A DNA stretch of 64,000 nucleotides, from the NCBI GenBank assembly GCA_040954595.2, contig CM082578.2, positions 649,740 through 713,739 of the forward strand, given 5' to 3'. Positions 38,101-53,100 of the stretch are shown here, in pieces. How positions within the stretch are numbered: position 1 is the first letter of the stretch; every line of letters starts with the position of its first letter. The notes under the pieces are model-generated. The model was not told where the DNA came from. It was given only the letters and a program-made list of their open reading frames with translations, and did no database searches. A program made the position numbers and the translations under genes. This DNA is from Balanoglossus misakiensis. Taxonomy: Eukaryota; Animalia; Hemichordata.

Positions 38101-41100
38101 ATTTTCCACTTTTTGTAAGTGAAGCCTGAGTGTCGCCTGTCTTAGGTCACCACTTCATAAGAGGTCTTACCCGTTATTGGCACAAACAGTCTCAGGAAGT
38201 AAGCTTTCAGCCTACCAATGTAGCTATTATATTTTCCACTTTTTGTAAGTGAAGCCTGAGTGTCGCCTGTCTTAGGTCACCACTTCATAAGCGGTCTTAC
38301 CCGTCATTGGCACAAACAGTCTCAGGAAATAAGCTTTCAGCCTACCAATGTAGCTATTATATTTTCCACTTTTTGTAAGTGAAGCCTGACTGTCGCCTGT
38401 CTTAGATCACCACTTCATAAACGGTCTTACCCGTCATTGGCACAAACAGTCTCAGGAAGTAAGCTTTCAGCCTACAAATGTAGCTATTATATTTTACACT
38501 TTTTGTAAGTGAAGCCTGAGTGTCACCTGTCTTAGGTCACCACTTCATAAGCGGTCTTACCCGTCATTGGCGCAAACAGTCTCAGGAAGTAATCTTTCAG
38601 CCTACCAATGTAGCTATTATATTTTCCACTTTTTGTAAGTGAAGCCTGAGTGTCGCCTGTCTTAGGTCACCACTTCATAAGCGGTCTTACCCGTCATTGG
38701 CACAAACAGTCTCAGGAAGTAATCTTTCAGCCTACCAATGTAGCTATTATATTTTCCACTTTTTGTAAGTGAAGCCTGACTGTCGCCTGTCTTAGGTCAC
38801 CACTTCATAAGCGGTCTTACCCGTCATTGGCACAAACAGTCTCAGGAAGTAAGCTTTTAGCCTACCAATGTAGCTATTGTATTTTCCACTTTTTTGTAAG
38901 TGAAGCCTGACTGTCGTCGGTCTTAGGTCACCACTTCATAAGAGGTCTTACCCGTCATTGGCACAAACAGTCTCAGGAAGTAAGCTTTCAGCCTACCAAT
39001 GTAGCTATTGTATTTTCCACTTTTTTTAAGTGAAGCCTGACTGTCGCCTGTCTTAGGTCACCACTTCATAAGAGGTCTTACCCGTCATTGGCACAAACAG
39101 TCTCAGGAAATAAGCTTTCAGCCTACCAATGTAGCTATTATATTTTCCACTTTTTGTAAGTGAAGCCTGACTGTCGCCTGTCTTAGGTCACCACTTCATA
39201 AGAGGTCTTACCCGTCATTGGCACAAACAGTCTCAGGAAGTAAGCTTTCAGCCTACCAATGTAGCTATTGTATTTTCCACTTTTTGTAAGTGAAGCCTGA
39301 CTGTCGCCTGTATTAGGTCACCACTTCATAAGCGTTCTTACCCGTCATTGGCACAAACAGTCTCAGGAAGTAATCTTTCAGCCTACCAATGTAGCTATTA
39401 TATTTTCCACTTTTTGTAAGTGATGCCTGACTGTCGCCTGTCTTAGGTCACCACTTCATAAGCGGTCTTACCTGTCATTGGCACAAACAGTCTCAGGACG
39501 TAAGCTTTCAGCCTACCATTGTAGCTATTATATTTTCCACTTTTTGTAAGTGAAGCCTGACTGTCGCCTGTCTTAGGTCACCACTTCATAAGCGGTCTTA
39601 CCCGGCATTGGCACAAACAGTCTCCGGAAGTAAGCTTTCAGCCTACCAATGTAGCTATTATATTTTCCACTTTTTGTAAGTGAAGCCTGAGTTTCACCTG
39701 TCTTAGGTCACCACTTCATTAGCAGTCATACCCGTCATTGGCACAAACAGTCTCAGGAAGTAAGCTTCCAGCCTACCGATGTAGCTATTATATTTTCCAC
39801 TTTTTGTAAGTGAAGCCTGAGTGTCGCCTGTCTTAGGTCACCACTTCATAAGAGGTCTTACCCGTTATTGGCACAAACAGTCTCAGGAAGTAAGCTTTCA
39901 GCCTACCAATGTAGCTATTATATTTTCCACTTTTTGTAAGTGAAGCCTGAGTGTCGCCTGTCTTAGGTCACCACTTCATAAGCGGTCTTACCCGTCATTG
40001 GCACAAACAGTCTCAGGAAGTAAGCTTTCAGCCTACCAATGTAGCTATTATATTTTCCACTTTTTGTAAGTGAAGCCTGAGTGTCGCCTGTCTTAGGTCA
40101 CCACTTCATAAGAGGTCTTACCCGTTATTGGCACAAACAGTCTCAGGAAGTAAGCTTTCAGCCTACCAATGTAGCTATTATATTTTCCACTTTTTGTAAG
40201 TGAAGCCTGACTGTCGCCTGTCTTAGGTCACCACTTCATAAGCGGTCTTACCCGTCATTGGCACAAACAGTCTCAGGAAATAAGCTTTCAGCCTACCAAT
40301 GTAGCTATTATATTTTCCACTTTTTGTAAGTGAAGCCTGACTGTCGCCTGTCTTAGATCACCACTTCATAAACGGTCTTACCCGTCATTGGCACAAACAG
40401 TCTCAGGAAGTAAGCTTTCAGCCTACCAATGTAGCTATTATATTTTACACTTTTTGTAAGTGAAGCCTGAGTGTCACCTGTCTTAGGTCACCACTTCATA
40501 AGCGCGGTCTTACCCGTCATTGGCACAAACAGTCTCAGGAAGTAATCTTTCAGCCTACCAATGTAGCTATTATATTTTCCACTTTTTGTAAGTGAAGCCT
40601 GAGTGTCGCCTGTCTTAGGTCACCACTTCATAAGCGGTCTTACCCGTCATTGGCACAAACAGTCTCAGGAAGTAATCTTTCAGCCTACCAATGTAGCTAT
40701 TATATTTTCCACTTTTTGTAAGTGAAGCCTGACTGTCGCCTGTCTTAGGTCCCCACTTCATAAGCGGTCTTACCCGTCATTTGCACAAACAGTCTCAGGA
40801 AGTAAGCTTTCAGCCTACCAATGTAGCTATTATAGTTTCCACTTTTTGTAAGTGAAGCCTGAGTGTCGCCTGTCTTAGGTCACCACTTCATAAGATGTCT
40901 TACCCGTCATTGGCACAAACAGTCTCAGGAAGTAAGCTTTCAGCCTACCAATGTAGCTATCATATTTTCCACTTTTTGTAAGTGAAGCCTGACTGTCGCC
41001 TGTCTTAGGTCACCACTTCATAAGCGGTCTTACCCGTCATTGGCACAACAGTCTCAGGAAGTAAACTTTCAGCCAACCAATGTAGCTATTATATTTTCCA

Positions 41101-44100
41101 CTTTTTGTAAGTGACGCCTGAGTGTCGCCTGTCTTAGGTCACCAATTCATAAGCGGTCTTACCCGTCATTGGCACAAACAGTCTCAGGAAGTAAGCTTTC
41201 AGCCTACCAATGTAGCTATTATATTTTCCACTTTTTGTAAGTGAAGCCTGACTGTCGCCTGTCTTAGGTCACCACTTCATAAGCGGTCTTACCTGTCATT
41301 GGCACAAACAGTCTCAGGAAGTAAGCTTTCAGCCTACCAATGTAGCTATTATATTTTCCACTTTTTGTAAGTGAAGCCTGACTGTCGCCTGTCTTAGATC
41401 ACCACTTCATAAACGGTCTTACCCGTCATTGGCACAAACAGTCTCAGGAAGTAAGCTTTCAGCCTACCAATGTAGCTATTATATTTTACACTTTTTGTAA
41501 GTGAAGCCTGAGTGTCACCTGTCTTAGGTCACCACTTCATAAGCGCGGTCTTACCCGTCATTGGCACAAACAGTCTCAGGAAGTAATCTTTCAGCCTACC
41601 AATGTAGCTTTTATATTTTCCACTTTTTGTAAGTGAAGCCTGAGTGTCGCCTGTCTTAGGTCACCACTTCATAAGCGGTCTTACCCGTCATTGGCACAAA
41701 CAGTCTCAGGAAGTAATCTTTCAGCCTACCAATGTAGCTATTATATTTTCCACTTTTTGTAAGTGAAGCCTGACTGTCGCCTGTCTTAGGTCCCCACTTC
41801 ATAAGCGGTCTTACCCGTCATTTGCACAAACAGTCTCAGGAAGTAAGCTTTCAGCCTACCAATGTAGCTATTATAGTTTCCACTTTTTGTAAGTGAAGCC
41901 TGAGTGTCGCCTGTCTTAGGTCACCACTTCATAAGATGTCTTACCCGTCATTGGCACAAACAGTCTCAGGAAGTAAGCTTTCAGCCTACCAATGTAGCTA
42001 TCATATTTTCCACTTTTTGTAAGTGAAGCCTGACTGTCGCCTGTCTTAGGTCACCACTTCATAAGCGGTCTTACCCGTCATTGGCACAAACAGTCTCAGG
42101 AAGTAAACTTTCAGCCAACCAATGTAGCTATTATATTTTCCACTTTTTGTAAGTGACGCCTGAGTGCCGCCTGTCTTAGGTCACCAATTCATAAGCGGTC
42201 TTACCCGTCATTGGCACAAACAGTCTCAGGAAGTAAGCTTTCAGCCTACCAATGTAGCTATTATATTTTCCACTTTTTGTAAGTGAAGCTGAGTGTCGCC
42301 TGTCTTAGGTCACCACTTCATAAGCGGTCTTACCCGTCATTGGCACAAACAGTCTCAGGAAGTAAGCTTTCAGCCTACCAATGTAGCTATTATATTTTCC
42401 ACTTTTTGTAAGTGAAGCCTGAGTGTCGCCTGTCTTAGGTCACCACTTCATAAGAGGTCTTACCCGTCATTGGCACAAACAGTCTCAGGAAGTAAGCTTT
42501 CAGCCTACCAATGTAGCATTTATATTTTCCACTTTTTGTAAGTGAAGCCTGAGTGTCGCCTGTCTTAGGTCACCACTTCATAAGAGGTCTTACCCGTTAT
42601 TGGCACAAACAGTCTCAGGAAGTAATCTTTCAGCCTACCAATGTAGCTTTTATATTTTCCACTTTTTGTAAGTGAAGCCTGAGTGTCGCCTGTCTTAGGT
42701 CACCACTTCATAAGCGGTCTTACCCGTCATTGGCACAAACAGTCTCAGGAAGTAATCTTTCAGCCTACCAATGTAGCTATTATATTTTCCACTTTTTGTA
42801 AGTGAAGCCTGACTGTCGCCTGTCTTAGGTCCCCACTTCATAAGCGGTCTTACCCGTCATTTGCACAAAAAGTCTCAGGAAGTAAGCTTTCAGCCTACCA
42901 ATGTAGCTATTATAGTTTCCACTTTTTGTAAGTGAAGCCTGAGTGTCGCCTGTCTTAGGTCACCACTTCATAAGATGTCTTACCCGTCATTGGCACAAAC
43001 AGTCTCAGGAAGTAAGCTTTCAGCCTACCAATGTAGCTATCATATTTTCCACTTTTTGTAAGTGAAGCCTGACTGTCGCCTGTCTTAGGTCACCACTTCA
43101 TAAGCGGTCTTACCCGTCATTGGCACAACAGTCTCAGGAAGTAAACTTTCAGCCAACCAATGTAGCTATTATATTTTCCACTTTTTGTAAGTGACGCCTG
43201 AGTGTCGCCTGTCTTAGGTCACCAATTCATAAGCGGTCTTACCCGTCATTGGCACAAACAGTCTCAGGAAGTAAGCTTTCAGCCTACCAATGTAGCTATT
43301 ATATTTTCCACTTTTTGTAAGTGAAGCTGAGTGTCGCCTGTCTTAGGTCACCACTTCATAAGCGGTCTTACCCGTCATTGGCACAAACAGTCTCAGGAAG
43401 TAAGCTTTCAGCCTACCAATGTAGCTATTATATTTTCCACTTTTTGTAAGTGAAGCCTGAGTGTCGCCTGTCTTAGGTCACCACTTCATAAGAGGTCTTA
43501 CACGTCATTGGCACAAACAGTCTCAGGAAGTAAGCTTTCAGCCTACCAATGTAGCATTTATATTTTCCACTTTTTGTAAGTGAAGCCTGAGTGTCGCCTG
43601 TCTTAGGTCACCACTTCATAAGAGGTCTTACCCGTTATTGGCACAAACAGTCTCAGGAAGTAAGCTTTCAGCCTACCAATGTAGCTATTATATTTTCCAC
43701 TTTTTGTAAGTGAAGCCTGAGTGTCGCCTGTCTTAGGTCACTACTTCATAAGCGGTCTTACCCGTCCTGGGCACAAACAGTCTCAGGAAGTAAGCTTTCA
43801 GCCTACCAATGTAGCTATTATATTTTCCACTTTTTGTAAGTGAAGCCTGAGTGTCGCCTGTCTTAGGACACCACTTCATGAGAGGTCTTACCCATCATTG
43901 GCACAAACAGACTCAGGAAGTAAGCTTTCAGCCTACCAATGTAGCTATTATATTTTCCACTTTTTGTAAGTGAAGCCTGAGTGTCGCCTGTCTTAGGTCA
44001 CCACTTCATAAACGGTCTTACCCGTCATTGGCACAAACAGTCTCAGGAAGTAAGCTTTCAGCCTACCAATGTAGCATTTATATTTTCCACTTTTTGTAAG

Positions 44101-47100
44101 TGAAGCCTGTGTGTCGCCTGTCTTAGGTCACCACTTCATAAGAGGTCTTACCCGTTATTGGCACAAACAGTCTCAGGAAGTAAGCTTTCAGCCTACCAAT
44201 GTAGCTATTATATTTTCCACTTTTTGTAAGTGAAGCCTGAGTGTCGCCTGTCTTAGGTCACCACTTCATAAGCGGTCTTACCCGTCCTGGGCACAAACAG
44301 TCTCAGGAAGTAAGCTTTCAGCCTACCAATGTAGCTATTATATTTTCCACTTTTTGTAAGTGAAGCCTGACTGTCGCCTGTCTTAGATCACCACTTCATA
44401 AACGGTCTTACCCGTCATTGGCACAAACAGTCTCAGGAAGTAAGCTTTCAGCCTACCAATGTAGCTATTATATTTTACACTTTTTGTAAGTGAAGCCTGA
44501 GTGTCACCTGTCTTAGGTCACCACTTCATAAGCGCGGTCTTACCCGTCATTGGCACAAACAGTCTCAGGAAGTAATCTTTCAGCCTACCAATGTAGCTAT
44601 TATATTTTCCACTTTTTGTAAGTGAAGCCTGAGTGTCGCCTGTCTTAGGTCACCACTTCATAAGCGGTCTTACCCGTCATTGGCACAAACAGTCTCAGGA
44701 AGTAATCTTTCAGCCTACCAATGTAGCTATTATATTTTCCACTTTTTGTAAGTGAAGCCTGACTGTCGCCTGTCTTAGGTCCCCACTTCATAAGCGGTCT
44801 TACCCGTCATTGGCACAAACAGTCTCAGGAAGTAAGCTTTCAGCCTACCAATGTAGCTATTATAGTTTCCACTTTTTGTAAGTGAAGCCTGAGTGTCGCC
44901 TGTCTTAGGTCACCACTTCATAAGATGTCTTACCCGTCATTGGCACAAACAGTCTCAGGAAGTAAGCTTTCAGCCAACCAATGTAGCTATTATATTTTCC
45001 ACTTTTTGTAAGTGACGCCTGAGTGTCGCCTGTCTTAGGTCACCAATTCATAAGCGGTCTTACCCGTCATTGGCACAAACAGTCTCAGGAAGTAAGCTTT
45101 CAGCCTACCAATGTAGCTATTTTCCACTTTTTGTAAGTGAAGCTGAGTGTCGCCTGTCTTAGGTCACCACTTCATAAGCGGTCTTACCCGTCATTGGCAC
45201 AAACAGTCTCAGGAAGTAAGCTTTCAGCCTACCAATGTAGCTATTATATTTTCCACTTTTTGTAAGTGAAGCTGAGTGTCGCCTGTCTTAGGTCACCACT
45301 TCATAAGCGGTCTTACCCGTCATTGGCACAAACAGTCTCAGGAAGTAAGCTTTCAGCCTACCAATGTAGCTATTATATTTTCCACTTTTTGTAAGTGAAG
45401 CCTGAGTGTCGCCTGTCTTAGGTCACCACTTCATAAGAGGTCTTACCCGTCATTGGCACAAACAGTCTCAGGAAGTAAGCTTTCAGCCTACCAATGTAGC
45501 ATTTATATTTTCCACTTTTTGTAAGTGAAGCCTGAGTGTCGCCTGTCTTAGGTCACCACTTCATAAGAGGTCTTACCCGTTATTGGCACAAACAGTCTCA
45601 GGAAGTAAGCTTTCAGCCTACCAATGTAGCTATTATATTTTCCACTTTTTGTAAGTGAAGCCTGAGTGTCGCCTGTCTTAGGTCACTACTTCATAAGCGG
45701 TCTTACCCGTCCTGGGCACAAACAGTCTCAGGAAGTAAGCTTTCAGCCTACCAATGTAGCTATTATATTTTCCACTTTTTGTAAGTGAAGCGTGACTGTC
45801 GCCTGTCTTAGGTCACCACTTCATAAACGGTCTTACCCGTCATTGGTACAAACAGTCTCAGGAAGTAAGCTTTCAGCCTACCAATGTAGCTATTATATTT
45901 TCCACTTTTTGTAAGTGAAGCCTGAGTGTCGCCTGTCTTAGGTCACCACTTCATAAGAGGTCATACCCGTCATTGGCACAAACAGTCTCAGGAAGTAAGC
46001 TTTCAGCCTACCAATGTAGCTATTATATTTTCCACTTTTTGTAAGTGAAGCCTGACTGTCGCCTGTCTTAAGTCACCACTTCATAAGCGGTCTTACCCGT
46101 CATTGGCACAAACAGTCTCAGGAAGTAAGCTTTCAGCCTACCAATGTAGCTATTATATTTTCCACTTTTTGTAAGTGAAGCCTGAGTGTCGCCTGTCTTA
46201 GGGCACCACTTCATGAGAGGTCTTACCCATCAATGGCACAAACAGACTCAGGAAGTAAGCTTTCAGCCTACCAATGTAGCTATTATATTTTCCACTTTTT
46301 GTAAGTGAAGCCTGAGTGTCGCCTGTCTTAGGTCACCACTTCATAAACGGTCTTACCCGTCATTGGCACAAACAGTCTCAGGAAGTAAGCTTTCAGCCTA
46401 CCAATGTAGCATTTATATTTTCCACTTTTTGTAAGTGAAGCCTGTGTGTCGCCTGTCTTAGGTCACCACTTCATAAGAGGTCTTACCCGTTATTGGCACA
46501 AACAGTCTCAGGAAGTAAGCTTTCAGCCTACCAATGTAGCTATTATATTTTCCACTTTTTGTAAGTGAAGCCTGAGTGTCGCCTGTCTTAGGTCACCACT
46601 TCATAAGCGGTCTTACCCGTCCTGGGCACAAACAGTCTCAGGAAGTAAGCTTTCAGCCTACCAATGTAGCTATTATATTTTCCACTTTTTGTAAGTGAAG
46701 CCTGAGTGTCGCCTGTCTTAGGTCACCACTTCATAAGCGGTCTTACCCGTCATTGGCACAAACAGTCTCAGGAAGTAAGCTTTCAGCCTACCAATGTAGC
46801 TATTATATTTTCCACTTTTTGTAAGTGAAGCCTGAGTGTCGCCTGTCTTAGGTCACCACTTCATAAGAGGTCATACCCGTCATTGGCACAAACAGTCTCA
46901 GGAAGTAAGCTTTCAGCCTACCAATGTAGCTATTATATTTTCCACTTTTTGTAAGTGAAGCCTGACTGTCGCCTGTCTTAAGTCACCACTTCATAAGCGG
47001 TCTTACCCGTCATTGGCACAAACAGTCTCAGGAAGTAAGCTTTCAGCCTACCAATGTAGCTATTATATTTTCCACTTTTTGTAAGTGAAGCCTGAGTGTC

Positions 47101-50100
47101 GCCTGTCTTAGGGCACCACTTCATGAGAGGTCTTACCCATCATTGGCACAAACAGACTCAGGAAGTAAGCTTTCAGCCTACCAATGTAGCTATTATATTT
47201 TCCACTTTTTGTAAGTGAAGCCTGAGTGTCGCCTGTCTTAGGTCACCACTTCATAAACGGTCTTACCCGTCATTGGCACAAACAGTCTCAGGAAGTAAGC
47301 TTTCAGCCTACCAATGTAGCATTTATATTTTCCACTTTTTGTAAGTGAAGCCTGTGTGTCGCCTGTCTTAGGTCACCACTTCATAAGAGGTCTTACCCGT
47401 TATTGGCACAAACAGTCTCAGGAAGTAAGCTTTCAGCCTACCAATGTAGCTATTATATTTTCCACTTTTTGTAAGTGAAGCCTGAGTGTCGCCTGTCTTA
47501 GGTCACCACTTCATAAGCGGTCTTACCCGTCCTGGGCACAAACAGTCTCAGGAAGTAAGCTTTCAGCCTACCAATGTAGCTATTATATTTTCCACTTTTT
47601 GTAAGTGAAGCCTGAGTGTCGCCTGTCTTAGGTCACCACTTCATAAGCGGTCTTACCCGTCATTGGCACAAACAGTCTCAGGAAGTAAGCTTTCAGCCTA
47701 CCAATGTAGCTATTATATTTTCCACTTTTTGTAAGTGAAGCCTGAGTGTCGCCTGTCTTAGGTCACCACTTCATAAGAGGTCTTACCCGTCATTGGCACA
47801 AACAGTCTCAGGAAGTAAGCTTTCAGCCTACCAATGTAGCATTTATATATTCCACTTTTTGTAAGTGAAGCCTGAGTGTCGCCTGTCTTAGGTCACCACT
47901 TCATAAGAGGTCTTACCCGTTATTGGCACAAACAGTCTCAGGAAGTAAGCTTTCAGCCTACCAATGTAGCTATTGTATTTTCCACTTTTTGTAAGTGAAG
48001 CCTGAGTGTCGCCTGTCTTAGGTCACCACTTCATAAGCGGTCTTACCCGTCATTGGCACAAACAGTCTCAGGAAGTAAGCTTTCAGCCTACCAATGTAGC
48101 TATTATATTTTCCACTTTTTGTAAGTGAAGCCTGAGTGTCGCCTGTCTTAGGTCACCACTTCATAAGCGGTCTAACCCGTCATTGGCACAAACAGTCTCA
48201 GGAAGTAAGCTTTCAGCCTACCAATGTAGCTATTATATTTTCCACTTTTTGTAAGTGAAGCCTGACGGTCGCCTGTCTTAGGTCCCCACTTCATAAGCGG
48301 TCTTACCTGTCATTGGCACAAACAGTCTCAGGAAGTAAGCTTTCAGCCTACCAATGTAGCTATTATATTTTCCACTTTTTGTAAGTGAAGCGTGACTGTC
48401 GCCTGTCTTAGGTCACCACTTCATAAACGGTATTACCCGTCATTGGTACAAACAGTCTCAGGAAGTAAGCTTTCAGCCTACCAATGTAGCTATTATATTT
48501 TCCACTTTTTGTAAGTGAAGCCTGAGTGTCGCCTGTCTTAGGTCACCACTTCATAAGAGGTCTTACCCGTTATTGGCACAAACAGTCTCAGGAAGTAAGC
48601 TTTCAGCCTACCAATGTAGCTATTGTATTTTCCACTTTTTGTAAGTGAAGCCTGAGTGTCGCCTGTCTTAGGTCACCACTTCATAAGCGGTCTTACCCGT
48701 CATTGGCACAAACAGTCTCAGGAAGTAAGCTTTCAGCCTACCAATGTAGCTATTATATTTTCCACTTTTTGTAAGTGAAGCCTGAGTGTCGCCTGTCTTA
48801 GGTCACCACTTCATAAGCGGTCTAACCCGTCATTGGCACAAACAGTCTCAGGAAGTAAGCTTTCAGCCTACCAATGTAGCTATTATATTTTCCACTTTTT
48901 GTAAGTGAAGCCTGACGGTCGCCTGTCTTAGGTCCCCACTTCATAAGCGGTCTTACCTGTCATTGGCACAAACAGTCTCAGGAAGTAAGCTTTCAGCCTA
49001 CCAATGTAGCTATTATATTTTCCACTTTTTGTAAGTGAAGCGTGACTGTCGCCTGTCTTAGGTCACCACTTCATAAACGGTATTACCCGACATTGGTACA
49101 AACAGTCTCAGGAAGTAAGCTTTCAGCCTACCAATGTAGCTATTATATTTTCCACTTTTTGTAAGTGAAGCCTGAGTGTCGCCTGTCTTAGGTCACCACT
49201 TCATAAGAGGTCATACCCGTCATTGGCACAAACAGTCTCAGGAAGTAAGCTTTCAGCCTACCAATGTAGCTATTATATTTTCCACTTTTTGTAAGTGAAG
49301 CCTGACTGTCGCCTGTCTTAGGTCACCACTTCATAAGCGGACTTACCCGTCATTGGCACAAACAGTCTCAGGAAGTAAGCTTTCAGCCTACCAATGTAGC
49401 TATTATATTTTCCACTTTTTGTAAGTGAAGCCTGAGCGTCGCCTGTCTTAGGTCACCACTTCATAAAAGGTCTTACCCGTCATTGGCACAAACAGTCTCA
49501 GGAAGTAAGCTTTCAGCCTACCAATGTAGCTATTATATTTTCCACTTTTTGTAAGTGAAGCCTGAGTGTCGCCTGTCTTAGGTCACCACTTCATAAACGG
49601 TCTTACCCGTCATTGGCACAAACAGTCTCAGGAAGTAAGCTTTCAGCCTACCAATGTAGCTATTATATTTTCCACTTTTTGTAAGTGAAGCCTGAGTGTC
49701 GCCTGTCTTAGGTCACCACTTCATAAGAGGTCTTACCCGTCATTGCCACAAACAGTCTCAGGAAGTAAGCTTTCAGCCTACCAATGTAGCTATTATATTT
49801 TCCACTTTTTGTAAGTGAAGCCTGACTGTCGCCTTTCTTAGGTCACCATTTCATAAGCGGTCTTACCCGTCATTGGCACAAACAGTTTCAGGAAGTAAGC
49901 TTTCAGCCTACCAATGTAGCTATTATATTTTCAACTTTTTGTAAGTGAAGCCTGACTGTCGCCTGTCTTAGGTCACCACTTCATAAGCGGTCTTACCCGT
50001 CATTGGCACAAACAGTCTCAGGAAGTTAGCTTTCAGCCTACCAATGTAGCATTTATATTTTCCACTTTTTGTAAGTGAAGCCTGAGTGTCGCCTGTCTTA

Positions 50101-53100
50101 GGTCACCACTTCATAAGAGGTCTTACCCGTTATTGGCACAAACAGTCTCAGGAAGTAAGCTTTCAGCCTACCAATGTAGCTATTATATTTTCCACTTTTT
50201 GTAAGTGAAGCCTGAGTGTCGCCTGTCTTAGGTCACCACTTCATAAGCGGTCTTACCCGTCCTGGGCACAAACAGTCTCAGGAAGTAAGCTTTCAGCCTA
50301 CCAATGTAGCTATTATATTTTCCACTTTTTGTAAGTGAAGCCTGAGTGTCGCCTGTCTTAGGTCACCACTTCATAAGCGGTCTTACCCGTCATTGGCACA
50401 AACAGTCTCAGGAAGTAAGCTTTCAGCCTACCAATGTAGCTATTATATTTTCCACTTTTTGTAAGTGAAGCCTGAGTGTCGCCTGTCTTAGGTCACCACT
50501 TCATAAGAGGTCTTACCCGTCATTGGCACAAACAGTCTCAGGAAGTAAGCTTTCAGCCTACCAATGTAGCATTTATATATTCCACTTTTTGTAAGTGAAG
50601 CCTGAGTGTCACCTGTCTTAGGTCACCACTTCATAAGAGGTCTTACCCGTTATTGGCACAAACAGTCTCAGGAAGTAAGCTTTCAGCCTACCAATGTAGC
50701 TATTGTATTTTCCACTTTTTGTAAGTGAAGCCTGAGTGTCGCCTGTCTTAGGTCACCACTTCATAAGCGGTCTTACCCGTCATTGGCACAAACAGTCTCA
50801 GGAAGTAAGCTTTCAGCCTACCAATGTAGCTATTATATTTTCCACTTTTTGTAAGTGAAGCCTGAGTGTCGCCTGTCTTAGGTCACCACTTCATAAGCGG
50901 TCTAACCCGTCATTGGCACAAACAGTCTCAGGAAGTAAGCTTTCAGCCTACCAATGTAGCTATTATATTTTCCACTTTTTGTAAGTGAAGCCTGACTGTC
51001 GCCTGTCTTAGGTCCCCACTTCATAAGCGGTCTTACCCGTCATTGGCACAAACAGTCTCAGGAAGTAAGCTTTCAGCCTACCAATGTAGCTATTATATTT
51101 TCCACTTTTTGTAAGTGAAGCATGACTGTCGCCTGTCTTAGGTCACCACTTCATAAACGGTATTACCCGTCATTGGTACAAACAGTCTCAGGAAGTAAGC
51201 TTTCAGCCTACCAATGTAGCTATTATATTTTCCACTTTTTGTAAGTGAAGCCTGAGTGTCGCCTGTCTTAGGTCACCACTTCATAAGAGGTCATACCCGT
51301 CATTGGCACAAACAGTCTCAGGAAGTAAGCTTTCAGCCTACCAATGTAGCTATTATATTTTCCACTTTTTGTAAGTGAAGCCTGACTGTCGCCTGTCTTA
51401 GGTCACCACTTCATAAGCGGACTTACCCGTCATTGGCACAAACAGTCTCAGGAAGTAAGCTTTCAGCCTACCAATGTAGCTATTATATTTTCCACTTTTT
51501 GTAAGTGAAGCCTGAGTGTCGCCTGTCTTAGGTCACCACTTCATAAGAGGTCTTACCCGTCATTGGCACAAACAGTCTCAGGAAGTAAGCTTTCAGCCTA
51601 CCAATGTAGCTATTATATTTTCCACTTTTTGTAAGTGAAGCCTGAGTGTCGCCTGTCTTAGGTCACCACTTCATAAACGGTCTTACCCGTCATTGGCACA
51701 AACAGTCTCAGGAAGTAAGCTTTCAGCCTACCAATGTAGCTATTATATTTTCCACTTTTTGTAAGTGAAGCCTGAGTGTCGCCTGTCTTAGGTCACCACT
51801 TCATAAGAGGTCTTACCCGTCATTGCCACAAACAGTCTCAGGAAGTAAGCTTTCAGCCTACCAATGTAGCTATTATATTTTCAACTTTTTGTAAGTGAAG
51901 CCTGACTGTCGCCTGTCTTAGGTCACCACTTCATAAGCGGTCTTACCCGTCATTGGCACAAACAGTCTCAGGAAGTTAGCTTTCAGCCTACCAATGTAGC
52001 TATTATATTTTCCACTTTTTGTAAGTGAAGCCTGACTGTCGCCTGTCTTAGGTCACCAATTCATAAGCGGTCTTACCCGTCATTGGCACAAACAGTCTCA
52101 GGAAGTAAGCTTTCAGCCTACCAATGTAGCTATTATATTTTCCACTTCTTGTAAGTGAAGCTGAGTGTCGCCTGTCTTAGGTCACCACTTCATAAGCGGT
52201 CTTACCCGTCATTGGCACAAACAGTCTCAGGAAGTAAGCTTTCAGCCTACCAATGTAGCTATTATATTTTCCACTTTTTGTAAGTGAAGCCTGAGTGTCG
52301 CCTGTCTTAGGTCACCACTTCATAAGAGGTCTTACCCGTCATTGGCACAAACAGTCTCAGGAAGTAAGCTTTCAGCCTACCAATGTAGCATTTATATTTT
52401 CCACTTTTTGTAAGTGAAGCCTGAGTGTCGCCTGTCTTAGGTCACCACTTCATAAGAGGTCTTACCCGTTATTGGCACAAACAGTCTCAGGAAGTAAGCT
52501 TTCAGCCTACCAATGTAGCTATTATATTTTCCACTTTTTGTAAGTGAAGCCTGAGTGTCGCCTGTCTTAGGTCACCACTTCATAAGCGGTCTTACCCGTC
52601 CTGGGCACAAACAGTCTCAGGAAGTAAGCTTTCAGCCTACCAATGTAGCTATTATATTTTCCACTTTTTGTAAGTGAAGCGTGACTGTCGCCTGTCTTAG
52701 GTCACCACTTCATAAACGGTCTTACCCGTCATTGGTACAAACAGTCTCAGGAAGTAAGCTTTCAGCCTACCAATGTAGCTATTATATTTTCCACTTTTTG
52801 TAAGTGAAGCCTGAGTGTCGCCTGTCTTAGGTCACCACTTCATAAGAGGTCATACCCGTCATTGGCACAAACAGTCTCATGAAGTAAGCTTTCAGCCTAC
52901 CAATGTAGCTATTATATTTTCCACTTTTTGTAAGTGAAGCCTGACTGTCGCCTGTCTTAGGTCACCACTTCATAAGCGGTCTTACCCGTCATTGGCACAA
53001 ACAGTCTCAGGAAGTAAGCTTTCAGCCTACCAATGTAGCTATTATATTTTCCACTTTTTGTAAGTGAAGCCTGAGTGTCGCCTGTCTTAGGTCACCACTT

